Source of the DNA: Candidatus Paceibacter sp.
GTDB lineage: Bacteria; Patescibacteriota; Minisyncoccia; UBA6257; JAGOQP01
Direction: 5' to 3'
DNA length: 64,000 nucleotides
NCBI GenBank assembly: GCA_020724905.1
Contig: DYGB01000003.1
Coordinates: 1,431-65,430, forward strand
Part shown: piece after piece, positions 62,601 to 64,000 of the stretch
How the letters are laid out: every line of letters begins with the position of its first letter
How positions within the stretch are numbered: the stretch's first letter is position 1
Position numbers and translations under genes: made by a program
Notes under the pieces: generated by a model
The model's database searches: none
What the model saw: only the letters and a program-made list of their open reading frames with translations
What the model was told of the DNA's origin: nothing

Positions 62601-63695
62601 CTTTCTCAGACAACACAAGAGGTTCGAGTTGAATACTCTTATGACATTGAGCCATTCCAACAGGGTATTTCTGGATTGAAGAGAGGAACTACCTATTACT
62701 TCCGTGCAGTTGCACGAAACAACTATGGAGAATCAAAGGGTCAGATACTTTCATTTACCACCTTTGGTGAAGGAAGTACCGGACAGATTCCTTCGGTAAC
62801 AACACAACTTCCTACCTTTACTTCTCAGAATGCATTGATTCTCTCAGGTTCAGTAAATCCAAATGGAACATCAGATACCAAGGCATGGTTTGAGTACGGT
62901 GTCACTGCAACACTTGGTTCACAAACAGGTTCTCGTGACATTGGTTCTGGAACTCAGTCAGCACAGTTTGCCTATGCACTTACAGGACTTACCCCAAATA
63001 CCTCTTACTTCTACCGAGCAGTTGCGCAAAACGAATACGGTATTGTGAAAGGAGCTATTCTTGTAGGGACAACGCGATCTGTTATAACTGGTCCAATCCC
63101 TCCAAACCCAACTCCAGTTCCAACACCAATTGTTGTGCAGACATCAAGCACAGGAGCAGGATCATGTCTTCTCCTTATGCCAACACTTGATACCACAGGA
63201 CTAGATGAAGGAGAACCATTTATCTTCTCAGTATCATATACCAACAACTGTACCTATGATCTTGAGAACGCATATCTTAAAGTTATTCTCCCAACAGAAA
63301 CAGTATACCAATCAACAAACTTCCCATTCTTTGACAGAGATGCAAATGGTATCACCTACAACTTGGGAACAGTACGAGCAGGAGCACAATCATCTATCAG
63401 TCTTGAAGGAGAATTAAGTGGTGGAGCAAATATAGGAGATAGTGTTATCTTCAGCTCTGTCCTTAATTACATTGACCCTGAGGAACAACCACAATCAATT
63501 AGTGCCTATCTTACCGCACAGGTAACCTCAGAAAGAACCCTTACTGCTACTATCTTAGATGCCCTTGGTGGACTCTTTGAATCATGGTGGTTTAGCCTTC
63601 TTCTCTTACTCCTCGTTCTTGGTCTTATCTTCTGGATTTTCTTTAGAAAGAGAAAGGGAGAGGAAAAAGAACAGGTTGATGTGTTAAAAGTATAA
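59673..63695 (+). CDS. giant cell-surface protein: N-terminal signal/TM, ~9 tandem fibronectin-III-like repeats separated by Gly-runs, C-terminal CARDB/DUF11-like domain and TM anchor
   Basis: Repeating W(F/Y)EYG...LG...T...GLSPDTxYYYR(I/A)VA.N..G.TYG...SFxT units; C-terminal WWFSLLLLLLVLGLIFWIFFRKRKGEE membrane anchor; terminator hairpin at 63705-63732. Confidence 0.7.
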   Translation: MTILKRITVVVLMVGTVLVGTGPLFPVEAITTAKSTNIVEGGSSGVAPVTTSITKSTESATVVTEGTSTTNTSLRSVVRVDDVKKTTSGTSSVKVVKETVSDPTVGSIVKDTKLQVFEEKVVEGEETTEEITGTAWFNTDPQDKKTLRTSNYSRNPQCNTCWESSTYASQGEIVSFVVYYHNTSNSIAEDTRINLSASPQYSNNKIVVTSNLWAGNADTVTDTVDVMMESGSSEPWNVSFDAAFWYPNQDSNNPDPLPYGQNGSTSLSSSGVRIGNITPGWASQGYLVIRLLLEKNGGGGNEPSSPRVVTTDATNIGKTEATINADITPNGLATQYWFEYGKTRSLGTVTLQKTLASSGYDAESVNQELRGLTPDAVYYVRAVAKNSQGKTYGNIKEFRTVSVDGLRAPEVQTLSPDTITSSSARLNGRVNPHGLATTYTFAYGTSQSLGNTVTTHSAGNGSSWKDVSFTLSGLSSDTTYYYRIEATNEKGTVYGDIMSFSTQGTTDPTGAPIVSTLYPSNITQTQATLQGTVNPQGLSTQYWFEYGTTANLGNQTSVSYVSGTGFSTVSVEKALSGLSPDTQYYVRIVGENNKGTTYGTLVSFRTDDAGGGGGNAPFVETIAADNITGTAARIKGTVNPQGVTGTYWFEYGTTPQLGTVTIQQSISAISYNLSVSQNLRGLDENTTYFYRVVGKNATGKTYGNIMSFSTTGGGTTGSAPEVQTLSPDTITSSSARLNGRVNPHGLATTYTFAYGTSQSLGNTVTTHSAGNGSSWKDVSFTLSGLSSDTTYYYRIEADNSKGRDVGDIFSFTTEEGGGGGDFTPTAVTQSTINITSNSGTIRGTVNPKGFTGTYWFEYGTNETSLGSQTTHSTISATTDNTDVSANISGLSENTSYFYRVVIETAMGRAVGSTLSFLTAGGGGGGGGGGGGGPRAPLTQTWNSSDITQNTAILYGGALANGSTAYGWFEYGENRYNLSQTTQEVRVEYSYDIEPFQQGISGLKRGTTYYFRAVARNNYGESKGQILSFTTFGEGSTGQIPSVTTQLPTFTSQNALILSGSVNPNGTSDTKAWFEYGVTATLGSQTGSRDIGSGTQSAQFAYALTGLTPNTSYFYRAVAQNEYGIVKGAILVGTTRSVITGPIPPNPTPVPTPIVVQTSSTGAGSCLLLMPTLDTTGLDEGEPFIFSVSYTNNCTYDLENAYLKVILPTETVYQSTNFPFFDRDANGITYNLGTVRAGAQSSISLEGELSGGANIGDSVIFSSVLNYIDPEEQPQSISAYLTAQVTSERTLTATILDALGGLFESWWFSLLLLLLVLGLIFWIFFRKRKGEEKEQVDVLKV

Positions 63696-63732
63696 TACTG
63701 TCTTCACTACCCCCTCATCTGAGGGGGTAGTG

Positions 63733-63868
63733 ATTTGACAGGGGAGTGTCTGTGCGTTACTATGAAAAACAACAGTCCGCAGACAGTAGGCGCACCTATA
63801 AGTCCTACCGAGGAACTAACGTATGTTGTGCGGCTGTATAAAGGTCGCTTTTTTATATAAAAAAACGT
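63733..63868 (+). promoter_or_regulatory. putative rplJ leader (L10 autoregulatory leader-like structured 5' UTR) with TTGACA -35-like hexamer
   Basis: ~135-nt UTR between the terminator and rplJ with stems such as gtctgtgcg...cgcagacag; position is typical for the L10 leader. Confidence 0.35.
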
Positions 63869-64000
63869 ATGAAGACACGACAACAAAAAGAACAACAAGT
63901 TCAAAAAGGAAAAGAACTCTTAGAAAATGCACAATCAGTGGTATTTGTTGATTTCTCAAAAACACCAGTAAGTGCTATTGGAACTATGAAGAATGCACTT
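63869..64000 (+). CDS. rplJ: 50S ribosomal protein L10 (partial, N-terminus only)
   Basis: MKTRQQKEQQVQKGKELLENAQSVVFVDFSKTPVSAIGTMKNAL matches the L10 N-terminus. Confidence 0.7.
   Translation, partial: MKTRQQKEQQVQKGKELLENAQSVVFVDFSKTPVSAIGTMKNAL

Overview
This 64-kb window is AT-rich bacterial DNA. Most of it is housekeeping genes for translation, replication and cell division, together with a large type IV pilus / pseudopilin locus. The overall pattern looks like a Candidate Phyla Radiation (Patescibacteria-like) genome, but that is an inference from gene content: the 16S rRNA gene is unlinked from a 23S rRNA gene and carries an intron, many pilins carry LamG-like (concanavalin-type) jelly-roll domains, ribosomal proteins have low-complexity tails, and the window carries few biosynthetic genes. 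Standard genetic code applies (TGA is used as a stop, for example in the HIT gene at 2850-2852).

The most notable feature is a complete diversity-generating retroelement (DGR) inserted between ybeY and ftsA, at 4030-6481:
- a target gene whose 3' end carries the variable repeat (VR);
- a template repeat (TR) about 430 bp downstream that differs from the VR only at TR adenine positions;
- an Avd-like accessory gene on the opposite strand;
- a DGR-type reverse transcriptase with the LGNLTSQ motif.

Other notable content:
- a 250-nt group I intron in the 16S rRNA gene (exact R and S elements);
- a 16S 3' tail with no recognisable CCUCC anti-Shine-Dalgarno, alongside very sparse SD usage;
- a second putative group I intron of about 202 nt in the anticodon loop of tRNA-Thr(GGT);
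- an RF1 lacking its N-terminal domain 1, fused head-to-tail with a lysine-tailed L31;
- a tandem duplication of a pilin gene with a diverged central region;
- an HTH-Panacea (DUF4065) antitoxin-like gene with a downstream small toxin-like gene, inside a tRNA-rich island;
- a 1340-aa repeat-rich surface protein with a near-identical internal 245-bp repeat and a poly-Gly tract;
- a GC-rich structured leader plus terminator in front of a small membrane-protein gene.

All coordinates and motif calls were made by eye from the sequence. tRNA, rRNA and intron boundaries are approximate, to within a few nucleotides.
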